Shown here piece by piece: positions 25,548 through 34,853 of a stretch of DNA of 64,000 nucleotides (the first letter of the stretch is position 1; each line of letters opens with the position of its first letter). A model generated the notes under the pieces. The model did not search any database. It was not told the DNA's origin and saw only the letters and a list, made by a program, of their open reading frames with translations. Source of the DNA: Thermoplasmata archaeon (GTDB lineage Archaea > Thermoplasmatota > Thermoplasmata > Lutacidiplasmatales > UBA184). The stretch lies in the NCBI GenBank assembly GCA_022750435.1, contig JAKIVS010000001.1, positions 286,895-350,894 on the forward strand. Direction: 5' to 3'. A program made the translations under genes and the position numbers.

Positions 25548-26408
25548 ATGCCCGGCCGTGGAAGTGTCCCCCCCGAACGCATCGCCCAAGTGGCGGCGCT
25601 CGCGGAGACGATCCGCTCCCACCCGACGAATGCCATCATCGGCCTTCGCGGGGTCCCGGCCTCCGCCCTGCAGAAGATGCGCCGCTCCCTCCGCGATCGC
25701 GGCCACCCCATCCTCGTCGCGCCCAACTCCGCCCTGCGCCACGCCATCGAACTTGCGGTCAAGGAACGCCCGGCCCTCAAGTCCCTCCTCGAGCAAGTCA
25801 CCGACCAGACGGCCCTCCTCTCGGCGAAGGGGAACCCGTTCTCCCTCTACCACGAACTCGTCCAGACTCGCTCGCCGACACCGGCCCGCGGCGGGGAGAT
25901 CGCCCCCAAGGACATCGTCGTCTCCGCCCAGACCACCAGCTTCAAACCCGGCCCGATCGTCGGTGAGCTCCAGCACGCCGGATTCCCGGCGGCGATCGAG
26001 AAGGGCAAAGTCGTCCTGAAGAAGGACGTCACGATCGTCAAGGCCGGCGGCGTCATCAGCCGCGAGGTCGCGACGCTCCTCACGCGGCTCGACATCCTTC
26101 CCCTCGAGGTGGGCCTGAACCTGCGCGCCGCCGTCGACGGCGACACGTTCTACGCGCCCGACGTCCTCGCGGTGGACCTCGACGCGAAGCGCGCCCAGCT
26201 CGCCCTCGCGCACCAGCGGGCCCTCGCGGTCGCCCTCGAACTCGGGTACGCGACCCCCGTCACCATCCCGCTCCTCCTCACGCGCGCGCACCGCCGTGCG
26301 CTCGCCCTCGCCGTGGCGACCGGCTACACGACGCCGGAGACGCTGCGGCCGATCCTCGGCAAGGCGCTCGCTCAGGCGCGCGCCCTGCAGAACTTGACAG
26401 GACCCTAG
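25548..26408 (+). CDS. rplP0: 50S ribosomal stalk protein P0 (uL10), no C-terminal acidic tail
   Basis: uL10 N-domain ([20 protein letters not shown]). Archaeal insertion domain. Three helical P1-binding spine segments ([50 protein letters not shown]). Confidence 0.9.
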   Translation: MPGRGSVPPERIAQVAALAETIRSHPTNAIIGLRGVPASALQKMRRSLRDRGHPILVAPNSALRHAIELAVKERPALKSLLEQVTDQTALLSAKGNPFSLYHELVQTRSPTPARGGEIAPKDIVVSAQTTSFKPGPIVGELQHAGFPAAIEKGKVVLKKDVTIVKAGGVISREVATLLTRLDILPLEVGLNLRAAVDGDTFYAPDVLAVDLDAKRAQLALAHQRALAVALELGYATPVTIPLLLTRAHRRALALAVATGYTTPETLRPILGKALAQARALQNLTGP

Positions 26409-26437
26409 TCCACCCAGAATCAATTGGAGGGAGAACG

Positions 26438-26752
26438 ATGGAGTACGTGTATGGTGCCCTGCTGCTCAACGCCGCCGGAAAGCCGATCGATGAGAAGGCC
26501 CTGACCCAGGTCATGACCGCCGCGGGCGTCAGCCCCGACGGGGCCCGGATCAAGGCGCTGCTCGCCAGCCTCGACGGCGTGAACCTCACCGAGGTCCTCG
26601 CCAAGGCCGAGACGTTCGCGGCTCCGGCCGCGGCACCCGCCCACGCGGACAAGAAGGACGACAAGGGCGGAAAGAAGGAAGAAGAGAAGAAGGAAGAGAA
26701 GGGGGTCACCGAAGAGGAGGCCGCCGAGGGACTTTCGGCGTTGTTCGGGTAA
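26438..26752 (+). CDS. rpl12: 50S ribosomal stalk protein P1 (L12)
   Basis: [22 protein letters not shown]..., Lys/Glu-rich hinge, conserved tail [13 protein letters not shown]. Confidence 0.9.
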   Translation: MEYVYGALLLNAAGKPIDEKALTQVMTAAGVSPDGARIKALLASLDGVNLTEVLAKAETFAAPAAAPAHADKKDDKGGKKEEEKKEEKGVTEEEAAEGLSALFG

Positions 26753-26825
26753 CCGAACGGCGCACCCTTAAGACCCACAACCGGGTGACTCGGGTCGGGA
26801 GCCTCTCCAGGCACCGCCCCGAGTC

Positions 26826-28232
26826 ATGCCGGCCCACGAGTTTTGCGGGGTCGTGGGGGTCTCGCTGACCGGGAAGGGCGCGGCCCCCTACTTGTATCGG
26901 GGGCTCCGCGCCCTGCAACACCGCGGCCAGGAATCGGGCGGGATTGCCACCAGCAGCCACGGCGTCCTCCACCACCGCAAGGGAATGGGCCTCGTCCACG
27001 ACATCTTCACCCAGGAAACACTCGAGTCGCTCCGCGGCTCGGTCGGCATCGGCCACGTCCGGTACTCGACGACCGGGCGTAGTGACCTCGAGAACGCGCA
27101 GCCGCTCGTCGTGAAGCTCGGCGACGAGGACGGCGCGCTCGCCCACAACGGCGACCTCGTCAACTTCGACCGGGTCCGTCGGCGCCTCCAGGCGCAGGGC
27201 GTCGAGTTCCTCGGTTCGGCCGACTCCGAGATCATCGCGCAGATGATCGCGCTCGAATACGGCCGCACGCGCGACCTCGACGCGGCGATCCGCCGCGCCG
27301 CGACCGAACTCATCGGCGGCTACGCCGTCGCGATGGTCGTTGGCCAGCGGCTGGTCGCCTTTCGCGACCCGCTCGGGATCCGGCCGCTCGTTCTCGGGAC
27401 GCTCGAAGGAGGCTACGCGATCGCGAGCGAGTCGGTGGCGCTCGAACTGATGGGCGGACGCCTCGTCCGCGACGTCCTCCCCGGCGAAGTGATCATCATC
27501 GACAAGGGCCAGACCCTTCACTCGAGCCGGATGACCAACGTGGGCGAGCGGGCCCACTGCATGTTCGAGTGGGTGTACTTCTCGCGCCCCGACTCCGTCG
27601 TCGAGGGCCAGATGGTCTACGAGGTCCGGCATCGGATCGGCCAGACGCTCGCCAGGGAGTCGCCGGCGACGGCCGAGCTCGTGATCCCGGTGCCGGACTC
27701 CTCGCGTCCCCAGGCCCTCGGCTACTCCGAGGTCTCGGGGATCCCGTACGCCGAGGGACTGATCAAGAACCGGTACGTCGAGCGGACGTTCATCCTCCCC
27801 GACCAGAAGCGCCGCGAGGACGAGGTACGCGTCAAGCTCCACCCCGTCCCGGGACTGCTCAAGGGAAAGCGGGTCGTCCTCGTCGACGATTCGATCGTCC
27901 GCGGCACCACGCTCCGCGAGATCGTCCACATGGTCCGCCAGGCGGGCGCCGAGAGGATCGATGTCCGGATCGGATGCCCCCCGATCGTTGCCCCGTGCTA
28001 CTTCGGCATCGACATGAAGGAGCGGAAGGAGCTCGTGGCGAGCGGCCGCACCGAGGACGAGGTCGCGAAGGTGATCGGCGCCGAGTCGGTGCACTATCTT
28101 TCCATGGCCGGTCTGGTCAGCTCGATCGGCATTCCGCAGGACGGCCTCTGCCTCGGCTGCTTGACCGGGCGCTACCCCCTCGACGTCCCCGAAGAGCGGC
28201 GCCGGTTCCAGAAGTCGCTCGAGGAGTTCTAG
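26826..28232 (+). CDS. purF: Amidophosphoribosyltransferase
   Basis: N-terminal nucleophile Cys (HEFCGVVGV), LQHRGQESGGIA, PRT motif VVLVDDSIVRGTT, and C-terminal Cys ligands. Confidence 0.9.
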   Translation: MPAHEFCGVVGVSLTGKGAAPYLYRGLRALQHRGQESGGIATSSHGVLHHRKGMGLVHDIFTQETLESLRGSVGIGHVRYSTTGRSDLENAQPLVVKLGDEDGALAHNGDLVNFDRVRRRLQAQGVEFLGSADSEIIAQMIALEYGRTRDLDAAIRRAATELIGGYAVAMVVGQRLVAFRDPLGIRPLVLGTLEGGYAIASESVALELMGGRLVRDVLPGEVIIIDKGQTLHSSRMTNVGERAHCMFEWVYFSRPDSVVEGQMVYEVRHRIGQTLARESPATAELVIPVPDSSRPQALGYSEVSGIPYAEGLIKNRYVERTFILPDQKRREDEVRVKLHPVPGLLKGKRVVLVDDSIVRGTTLREIVHMVRQAGAERIDVRIGCPPIVAPCYFGIDMKERKELVASGRTEDEVAKVIGAESVHYLSMAGLVSSIGIPQDGLCLGCLTGRYPLDVPEERRRFQKSLEEF

Positions 28233-28235
28233 CGC

Positions 28236-29114
28236 GTGGCGCCCGCCGTCCTCCTTCGGGAGGGCCGCCGGTGGCGCGTCGTCGACGCCGACCGGCCGGG
28301 CGAAGGACCGAGCGAGGCGGTCCGGTTTGCCGCGGACGTCCCGGAACCCAGCGCCCTGCGCCGCCTGGTCGGCGCCTCGCCGACGGTACTGGCTGGGGAC
28401 CCGGTGGTCGTGAGCGCGCTCGGCGCGGCCGGCGTCGCGCGACCGCTCGCCGGTCCCACCGAGTTCGCCCGGGCGCGGGACGTCGCCCCCCGTCGGACCA
28501 CCGCCGAGTGGCGCGCCCTCGTCCTTCCGGAAGCACGGGCCGCCCTCGAGCGGGCCCTCGCGAGTCCGGAAGAGACTGTGACCGCCCTCGCCCGGGAGGA
28601 AGACCGGGTCGAGCGGGCCCGCGGTCGGGACGACGGTGCCTGGGAGAGCTTCGTCGGCCCTCCGACCGGCCCGCTCGCCGACTACGCCGCCGTGTGGAGC
28701 GAGTACCGGATCGCCCTCGAGCGTCATCACGCCGACCTGGTTCGCCGGCTAGAGGGCGCGGCCCGGTCGCTGGCGCCGAACCTCTCCCGAGTCGTCGGTT
28801 CCCGAGTCGCTGGCCGCCTCGTCGCCGCCGCCGGGGGCCTCGCTCCCCTCTCCCGCATGCCGTCCTCGCGGCTGCAGATCCTCGGATCACGACGCCGTCC
28901 TGGCGGGGGCCGGGGCCCCCGGTTCGGCCTTCTGTACCGGGCGGAAGGCGTCGACACGCTTCCGCCGGACCGCCAGGGGGCGTACGCGCGCAGTCTGGCG
29001 GCGATGGCGGTCATTGCGGCCCGGGCGGATGCCACGACCCGGGCAGACGTCGCGGCCGGTCTCGTCAGACGCCGCGAGCGCCGCCTACTTCAGCTCGAAC
29101 GGAGGGGACGATGA
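28236..29114 (+). CDS. nop5: C/D box snoRNP protein Nop5 (Nop56/58), short form
   Basis: Nop domain: APNLSRVVGSRVAGRLVAAAGGLAPLSRMPSSRLQILGS...RFGLLY. GTG start. The stop overlaps the fibrillarin ATG (ATGA). Confidence 0.8.
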   Translation: MAPAVLLREGRRWRVVDADRPGEGPSEAVRFAADVPEPSALRRLVGASPTVLAGDPVVVSALGAAGVARPLAGPTEFARARDVAPRRTTAEWRALVLPEARAALERALASPEETVTALAREEDRVERARGRDDGAWESFVGPPTGPLADYAAVWSEYRIALERHHADLVRRLEGAARSLAPNLSRVVGSRVAGRLVAAAGGLAPLSRMPSSRLQILGSRRRPGGGRGPRFGLLYRAEGVDTLPPDRQGAYARSLAAMAVIAARADATTRADVAAGLVRRRERRLLQLERRGR

Positions 29115-29872
29115 GACACGCCGACCGCCCGGTCCTCGTCACGCCCCGGGAGCACCTGTACCGGCGCCGCGAGGGAGACTTTGTGTCCCACTGGTCCGGG
29201 GCCCTCGGTGAGCCGGCGGCCGTTTACGGGGAACGGATCACGTCGATCGACGAGGTAGTGCTCCGCCGGTGGGATCCCACGCGCAGCAAGCTCGGCGCGG
29301 CGCTCGCGAATGGGTGGGAAGGTCCGCTGCCGCGCGACGGCGAGCGGTGGCTCTACCTCGGTGCCTCGACCGGATCGACAGCCTCGCATGTGGCGGACCT
29401 GGTGGGAATGGACGGATTCGTCTTCGCGGTGGAGAAGAGCCTGCGGCCGTTCGCGCGCCTCCTCGCGCTCGCCCAGCGGTACCCGAACCTCGGTCCGCTC
29501 CTCGGCGACGCGCGCGACCCGATGGCGTACCTTCCGATCGTCCCCCGCGTGGACGGCGTGTACCTGGACGTGTCTCAGCCCGACCAGGTCGAGATCGCGC
29601 TGGCCAACGCGCGCTGGTTCCTGCGCCCGGCGGGGGCCGTCGTCCTCGCCCTGAAGACGGCCAGCATGGGCCGCGAACGCTCCGCGCGGGAGCACCTGCT
29701 GGACGCGACCCGGCAATTGGAGACCGCGACCGAGGTAGAGGAGACGCTGTCGCTCGAGCCATACCACAAGCGCCACTTCCTGATCGGCGCGCGGCCGACC
29801 GGTCGATTGTACCGGCCGGAGGACCGCCCGCCTACGACCCGGCCGGCGCGCCCCGCTGGACGACGATCGTAA
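29111..29872 (+). CDS. flpA: Fibrillarin-like rRNA/tRNA 2'-O-methyltransferase
   Basis: 3' 253 codons of ORF 27569..29872 from the ATG at 29111. RRWDPTRSKLGAAL, SAM motif YLGASTGSTASHVADLV, LLGDARDP, DVSQPDQ. Confidence 0.9.
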   Translation: MRHADRPVLVTPREHLYRRREGDFVSHWSGALGEPAAVYGERITSIDEVVLRRWDPTRSKLGAALANGWEGPLPRDGERWLYLGASTGSTASHVADLVGMDGFVFAVEKSLRPFARLLALAQRYPNLGPLLGDARDPMAYLPIVPRVDGVYLDVSQPDQVEIALANARWFLRPAGAVVLALKTASMGRERSAREHLLDATRQLETATEVEETLSLEPYHKRHFLIGARPTGRLYRPEDRPPTTRPARPAGRRS

Positions 29873-30950
29873 CGATGTCCTCGTCGGCGAGCGGGTGGCC
29901 CCGCCCGACGGTCTGACCCGGGAAGCGTGCGCTCTTCCCCCAGACTTGCGCCGCCTTGAACGCGGCGTCGAGCTCTGTCGGGAGACGCTTCAGGAGGTCG
30001 GTGACCTTCTGTCCCTTGCGGAGAATCACCGGTTCGTCCATGTCCGGCTCCCCGCCCGGGGGCTTCACGTAGATCCGGATGAACTGAAGGGCGTGGCCAA
30101 TGGCCTCGACGAGGTCCGGAAGGGCGATCCGCTCCCGGGCCGAGATGAACCGGGGATGGAACTCCGCCAGTCGGACGGCCATCGCCTCGCGCTGGGCGGG
30201 GGAGAGGAGCTCGCACTTGTTGACGGCGAGGATCGCGTGCTCGTACACCCGGTTCCCGGCGAGGATGTCGATGAGCTGGTCGGCCGTCGCGTCTTCCCGG
30301 AAGACGATCTGACCGTTGTGGAGCCCGAACTCCCGCGCGATGTCCGCGGCGAGGCCGCCACCGAGGTGCGTCAACTTGACGGTGCTCGAAACGGTGAGTC
30401 CCCCCCGGTCGGCCTTGGTCACGACGATCTTCGGCGGCCGCGTGTTGATGCGGACGCCGGCCCCCTCGAGTTCGTTCTTGAGCGCGGTGAAGTCGGTGTG
30501 TTCGGGGTCGATCAGGAACAGCACCAGGTCGACGGAGCGGACCACCGACAGGACCTCGCGACCCCGGCCTCGCCCCTTGGCGGCCCCGGGGACGAGCCCG
30601 GGCATGTCGAGGATCTGGATCGACGCTCCGCCCCAACGGAGCATTCCCGGAATGATCGAGACGGTGGTGAAGTCGTAGGCCCCGGTTTCGCTCGCCGCGC
30701 CCGTCAGCCGGGTGAGCAAGGTCGACTTTCCGACGGACGGGTACCCGACGAGTCCGACGGTGGCGTGCCCGGATTTCCGGACCGAGTAGCCGGAGCCGCC
30801 GCCCTTCCCCTTCGCGCGGAAATCGCGCTCGAGCTTGAGGACGGCGATTTTCGCCCGGAGGCGGCCGATGTGCCCCTGGGTGGCCTTGTTGTACTGGGTC
30901 TTGCGGATCTCGTCCTCGACCGCAGTGATCTGCTCCTCGAGCGAGGACAC
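29832..30950 (-). CDS. DRG-type (developmentally regulated) GTP-binding protein with TGS domain
   Basis: GTG at 30948-30950 within ORF 29832..31793. (V)SSLEEQITAVEDEIRKTQYNKATQGHIGRLRAKIA, G1 GYPSVGKSTLL, DFTT, G3 LDMPGLV, and a C-terminal TGS. Confidence 0.85.
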   Translation of the reverse strand: MSSLEEQITAVEDEIRKTQYNKATQGHIGRLRAKIAVLKLERDFRAKGKGGGSGYSVRKSGHATVGLVGYPSVGKSTLLTRLTGAASETGAYDFTTVSIIPGMLRWGGASIQILDMPGLVPGAAKGRGRGREVLSVVRSVDLVLFLIDPEHTDFTALKNELEGAGVRINTRPPKIVVTKADRGGLTVSSTVKLTHLGGGLAADIAREFGLHNGQIVFREDATADQLIDILAGNRVYEHAILAVNKCELLSPAQREAMAVRLAEFHPRFISARERIALPDLVEAIGHALQFIRIYVKPPGGEPDMDEPVILRKGQKVTDLLKRLPTELDAAFKAAQVWGKSARFPGQTVGRGHPLADEDIVTIVVQRGAPAGS

Positions 30951-30994
30951 GACTGACTCCGCCCTCCCGACGGCGCTCGGTACATTACGGTGGC

Positions 30995-33460
30995 GTGCCG
31001 GCGGGCGGTGGGGCACCTTCCATCGTTCGACCGGGACGATGCGGACTTGGTGCGGGAGGCGCACGGGACGCGGTGGCCGGCCCAGCGCGTGCCCCTTCCC
31101 GACTCGAACGGAGCTGGGCGTTCCGCGGCGCTCCCCGACCGGCCCACTCCGACCGGAGGGATCGCTTCCACGGAGCCCTCCTGGCGGCCCTCCGCATCGC
31201 ATCGGGATGGCCTGTCGAAATCGTCCTTCGATGGAGCACGGGCCCACGCGCAGCCTTCCTCCTCGACACGGTCGATGCCCCGTCGACGGCATGGGCGACC
31301 ACGGCCCTGCTCCCGATCTATCCGGCCGGAAGTTGGGGGGCCGGGTCCGCACTCCCGGCCCTTCCGGAGCGTCGGCACGCCGTCGCCGTGGCCCGCCGTG
31401 GAATCGAACGTCCGTTTCGCCGCTCCTCCGAACTCGCCGCTCCCTGGGTCGATTCGGTCGCCGCGGCGCTCTCGCTCTTTCCCCCGGGAGGCGCCGTTGT
31501 TTGGCGACTCCGCCCGCTTGGTGTCGCGTCGACGGCAACTCCCTGGGTCGCTCCACCCTCCCCTCAACCCGTTGGTTGGCGGTCCCCACTCCCCACCGAC
31601 ACCGTGCGGCGTCTCGACGACGCGGCGTCCGCCCGTTCGATCGCTCCGTTCTGGGACCTCCGGGCCGAGCTGGTCGGTCACTCGCTCCCGGCGGCCGATG
31701 CGCTCGGACGTCTGATCGCCTCCGCGGCGCAGGAGGAGGGCGGGAACGGAATCCGCTGGCGTCGGTCGACCCGGTGGTTCGGCCGGACTCCACCCCCGAT
31801 GTGGCTCTCGGTCGAGGAGCTGGCGAACTGGTTCCCGTCGCCGTGGCTGCGGCTACCGGACTCGACTCTCCCGGCCGTCGAGGGCACCCGCGTCCTCCCG
31901 CTGGGCCGCACCCTCACCGGACGGTCGTGCGGACTTTCGGTCGAGCCGGCCCAGGGCCGTCACGCTCTCCTGCTCGGCGAGACCGGGATGGGAAAGAGTT
32001 CCCTCCTCGTCCGGCTGATGGCGCGCGCCGCGGCCCTCGGGGCCGTGGTGTTCTTCGACCCGATCGGCGATACGTCCCGCCGGTTGATCGACCACCTCCC
32101 AGAAGTCGACCTCGGCCGGGTGGTCTGGCTGTCCCCGGCCTGTTCCCCGGTGGGAATCAATGCGCTCGCGCCCGCGGCGCCGGACTCGTTGGCCGGTCAG
32201 CGGGCCCTCGGCGACCTCGTCGAGGCCCTGCGCAGGGTCCGCGCCGGGCGGTACGCCGAGTCGCCGTTCTGGGGTCCGCGCCTCGAGGAGATGCTCACGT
32301 TGGCCCTGCGGGCCGCCTCTCGCTATCCCGGTGGGACCCTCGTCGACGCCGCCACGCTTCTCGGGGGAGGCGGTCGTTCGCCCCGGGGAGTTCCCCCCGG
32401 AGCCGAGTCCGCCGTCCAGGAACTCATCGATCGGATCCGCGACCGGCCCGACGAGATCGACGGTGCGCGCCGAGTGCTCGGCGAAGTCGTCCGTACGCCG
32501 ATCCTCGCTCGGATGCTCCCAACTCGGACGCCGGCGTTCTCGATGGCGGAGGCGATCCGGACCCGTCGCATCGTGCTGGTGAGTGGGGACGCGCCCGAGG
32601 TCGGGGAGGCCGCCGCCCGGACGCTCCTCTCGGTCCACCTTGCCCTCCTATGGCTCGAGATCGTCGCTCGCCCGGCGGCGAAGACGTTCGTCGTCGCCGA
32701 CGAGATCCAGGGGTACTCGAACGATGCCGCAGTGGAGCTGTTCCGAATGGGCCGACGGTTCAACGTCCATCTCTGGGCGGCGACGCAATCGTTGGCCGCC
32801 CTCCCCGAGGTCGTCCGGGAGGCCGCGGTCACGAACGCCGCGGACATTGTGGTCTTCCGAGGATCGCCGGACGACGCCCGCGAGGTGGCTCGCTGGGCCC
32901 CCGAGCTGGCGAGCGAGTCGCTCCTCGGGCTCCGTCGCGGCGAGGCGGCCGTGCTCGCCGGGAAGGGGTCCGACGTGGCCTGGGTCCGGATCCCGTTCGA
33001 GCCCGACCGGCCCCGACCCGACCGGTGGTCGACCCTCTGGGAGCAGTGCCGACCCTTCTGGAGCCCGAATCCCGCTCCGGAACCTCCGACCGAGCCGCAC
33101 GACGGCGCGCCGCCGGACGCCGGAGACAGCGAGGATCCCGTTCGGGAGATTCTCCTCGTCCTTTGGGCCGGCCTTCTTGCGACCTCCGAGGGGGCGGCCC
33201 TCACGGTGTCGCTCGATGCGCTCCGGGAGGCCGTGGACCCATCCGGCGCCGGGGTTCGGACCGTCGGTCAGCGACTCTCGGCCGCCGGCGCGCTCGAGGT
33301 CGGGAGCTCTGCGGCCGGACGTACATGGACGGTCGAGCGCGCGGCCGTGGCGGCCTTGCTCGGGGCGGGGGTGGCGCCGGCGGAGCTGGTCGAAGCCGAC
33401 CGGCGGTGGGCGCGCGTCGCCACATCGTCCGGCGGTTCCGGGGCTCAAAAAGGACTTTAG
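30995..33460 (+). CDS. HerA/FtsK-superfamily (DUF87/VirB4-VirD4-like) P-loop ATPase with unassigned N- and C-terminal regions
   Basis: Walker A LLLGETGMGKSSLL (~31976), FFDPIGD, Walker B FVVADEIQ (~32686), and RRFNVHLWAATQS. The start is uncertain, and GTG 31073 is an alternative. Confidence 0.7.
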   Translation: MPAGGGAPSIVRPGRCGLGAGGARDAVAGPARAPSRLERSWAFRGAPRPAHSDRRDRFHGALLAALRIASGWPVEIVLRWSTGPRAAFLLDTVDAPSTAWATTALLPIYPAGSWGAGSALPALPERRHAVAVARRGIERPFRRSSELAAPWVDSVAAALSLFPPGGAVVWRLRPLGVASTATPWVAPPSPQPVGWRSPLPTDTVRRLDDAASARSIAPFWDLRAELVGHSLPAADALGRLIASAAQEEGGNGIRWRRSTRWFGRTPPPMWLSVEELANWFPSPWLRLPDSTLPAVEGTRVLPLGRTLTGRSCGLSVEPAQGRHALLLGETGMGKSSLLVRLMARAAALGAVVFFDPIGDTSRRLIDHLPEVDLGRVVWLSPACSPVGINALAPAAPDSLAGQRALGDLVEALRRVRAGRYAESPFWGPRLEEMLTLALRAASRYPGGTLVDAATLLGGGGRSPRGVPPGAESAVQELIDRIRDRPDEIDGARRVLGEVVRTPILARMLPTRTPAFSMAEAIRTRRIVLVSGDAPEVGEAAARTLLSVHLALLWLEIVARPAAKTFVVADEIQGYSNDAAVELFRMGRRFNVHLWAATQSLAALPEVVREAAVTNAADIVVFRGSPDDAREVARWAPELASESLLGLRRGEAAVLAGKGSDVAWVRIPFEPDRPRPDRWSTLWEQCRPFWSPNPAPEPPTEPHDGAPPDAGDSEDPVREILLVLWAGLLATSEGAALTVSLDALREAVDPSGAGVRTVGQRLSAAGALEVGSSAAGRTWTVERAAVAALLGAGVAPAELVEADRRWARVATSSGGSGAQKGL

Positions 33461-33485
33461 GGGCGACCCCCCCTTGTTTCCGCCG

Positions 33486-34262
33486 ATGGCGACTGCGGCG
33501 AGACCGGAACCGGCGGATGCCGGCGGGATCCGGGAGCGCTGCGTCACCGGGATCGAGGGGCTCGACAACATCCTCGGAGGTGGCATTCCCCGGGGGAACC
33601 TGGTGCTCGTGGCCGGAAGCGTCGGCACGGGCAAGACCACCCTCTGCCTCGAATTCCTCGTCCGCGGCGCCGAGAAGGGAGAACGCACGCTGTTCCTTTC
33701 GGTCACCGAGGCGTCGGCGAAGCTGATCGAGAATCTCTCCACGTTCGAGTTCTTCCGCCAGGACTTGGTGAGTTCCGGCGCGCTGGTTTTCGTCGACGTA
33801 CCGCAGATCTACGACCGACTGGGCCTCAACCACGAGGAGCTGACCGTCGAGGAGATCGACCTCCTCCTGAAGTCGTTCCTCGACCTGGTCAAGGAGGTCG
33901 GCGCCCAACGCGTCATCGTCGATTCCCTGACCTCCGTCTGCTACCGGATCCGGCGCGACGAGCGGATCCGCGACTTCATGCTGAAGCTCTCGCAGGGGCT
34001 CGCGGCGCTCGGCTGCACCACGCTGCTCGTGTCGGAGATCGGCCAGAGCGCCGGACGCTACTCCCTCCACGGCGTCGAAGAGGCGATCGTCGACGGCGTG
34101 ATCCTCCTCGGGAACGCGCGGCGGCAGGGGGACATCCTGCGGATCCTGCAGGTCGTCAAAATGCGGGGAACTTCGCACTCCCGGGCCCAGTACGTGATGG
34201 AGCTCACGCCGATCGGATTGCTGATGGCGCCCCACCTGAAGGGCGGCCGGCAGGAGACGTAG
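33486..34262 (+). CDS. KaiC/RadA-like single-domain RecA-superfamily ATPase (motifs intact)
   Basis: ATG 33486 inside ORF 32583..34262. TGIEGLDNILGGGIPRGNLVLVAGSVGTGKTTL, Walker B RVIVDSLTS, and ILQVVKMRGTSHS. Confidence 0.8.
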   Translation: MATAARPEPADAGGIRERCVTGIEGLDNILGGGIPRGNLVLVAGSVGTGKTTLCLEFLVRGAEKGERTLFLSVTEASAKLIENLSTFEFFRQDLVSSGALVFVDVPQIYDRLGLNHEELTVEEIDLLLKSFLDLVKEVGAQRVIVDSLTSVCYRIRRDERIRDFMLKLSQGLAALGCTTLLVSEIGQSAGRYSLHGVEEAIVDGVILLGNARRQGDILRILQVVKMRGTSHSRAQYVMELTPIGLLMAPHLKGGRQET

Positions 34263-34849
34263 TGGCTCCCGACGACGAGATCGGCGAGCGTCTCCGGCAG
34301 CTGGCCGGGGGCTCGGCGGTGGCGATCCGCCTCAACCCGCGCGAGTACGCCGACGACTACTTCGCGGTCCTGAACGCCACGCTGCGGGACGTCGGCAGCG
34401 AGACGAACGCCCACACGATCTACGTCTCGGTGACGAACCCCGCCTCGCTGGTGTGGTCCCTGGCTCAAGCGCTCGACGTGGACCCGACGCGCCTCTCGTT
34501 CGTCGACGCGATCAGCCACATCATGATGAACTACCGCGACCCGCTCCCGAACGCGACGTACGTGGAGTCGCCGCGGATGCTGGAGGACATCATGCTCCGC
34601 ATCGAGTACTTGCTCCGCAAGCACCCGAGCCCGCGGCAGATCCTCGTCATCGACTCGGTGAACTCCCTCGCGATCCACAACCCACAGGACCTGTTGTCCG
34701 AGTTCTTCCATATCCTGGTGAACAATCTGAAAAGTCGCCAAGTGCTCACCGTGCTCCTGGTCGTGAGCGAGGACACGGGCTCCGAGCTCAACCAGATGCT
34801 CGGCCTCGTCGTCGACGAATCGATCGAGGTCGTCCGGGGGCGGCAGTAA
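34262..34849 (+). CDS. P-loop-less RecA/KaiC-fold-like protein (DUF835-like pattern)
   Basis: The GTG start overlaps the upstream TAG by 1 nt. It keeps ILVIDSVNSLAIHN (Walker-B-like strand) and VLLVVSED but has no GxxGxGK[ST]. Confidence 0.5.
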   Translation: MAPDDEIGERLRQLAGGSAVAIRLNPREYADDYFAVLNATLRDVGSETNAHTIYVSVTNPASLVWSLAQALDVDPTRLSFVDAISHIMMNYRDPLPNATYVESPRMLEDIMLRIEYLLRKHPSPRQILVIDSVNSLAIHNPQDLLSEFFHILVNNLKSRQVLTVLLVVSEDTGSELNQMLGLVVDESIEVVRGRQ

Positions 34850-34853
34850 CCCG

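Noticed and set aside
27569-29110. Upstream 514 codons of ORF 27569..29872; likewise the upstream parts of 36654..38726, 54111..55850, 57807..59429 and 58607..60145
   Set aside because: These upstream parts overlap well-supported genes (purF, nop5, MidA, GINS, purB, TPR, BtuF-like) in other frames and are Arg/Pro-rich. Only the 3' segments after an internal ATG or GTG show family motifs.
30835-33726. 963-aa plus-strand ORF overlapping the HerA-like gene in another frame (also 32583..34262 and 32648..33742)
   Set aside because: The products are Arg/Pro/Gly-rich. Only the 30995 frame has Walker A and B and normal composition. Of ORF 32583..34262, only the last 258 codons (the KaiC-like gene from ATG 33486) are real.
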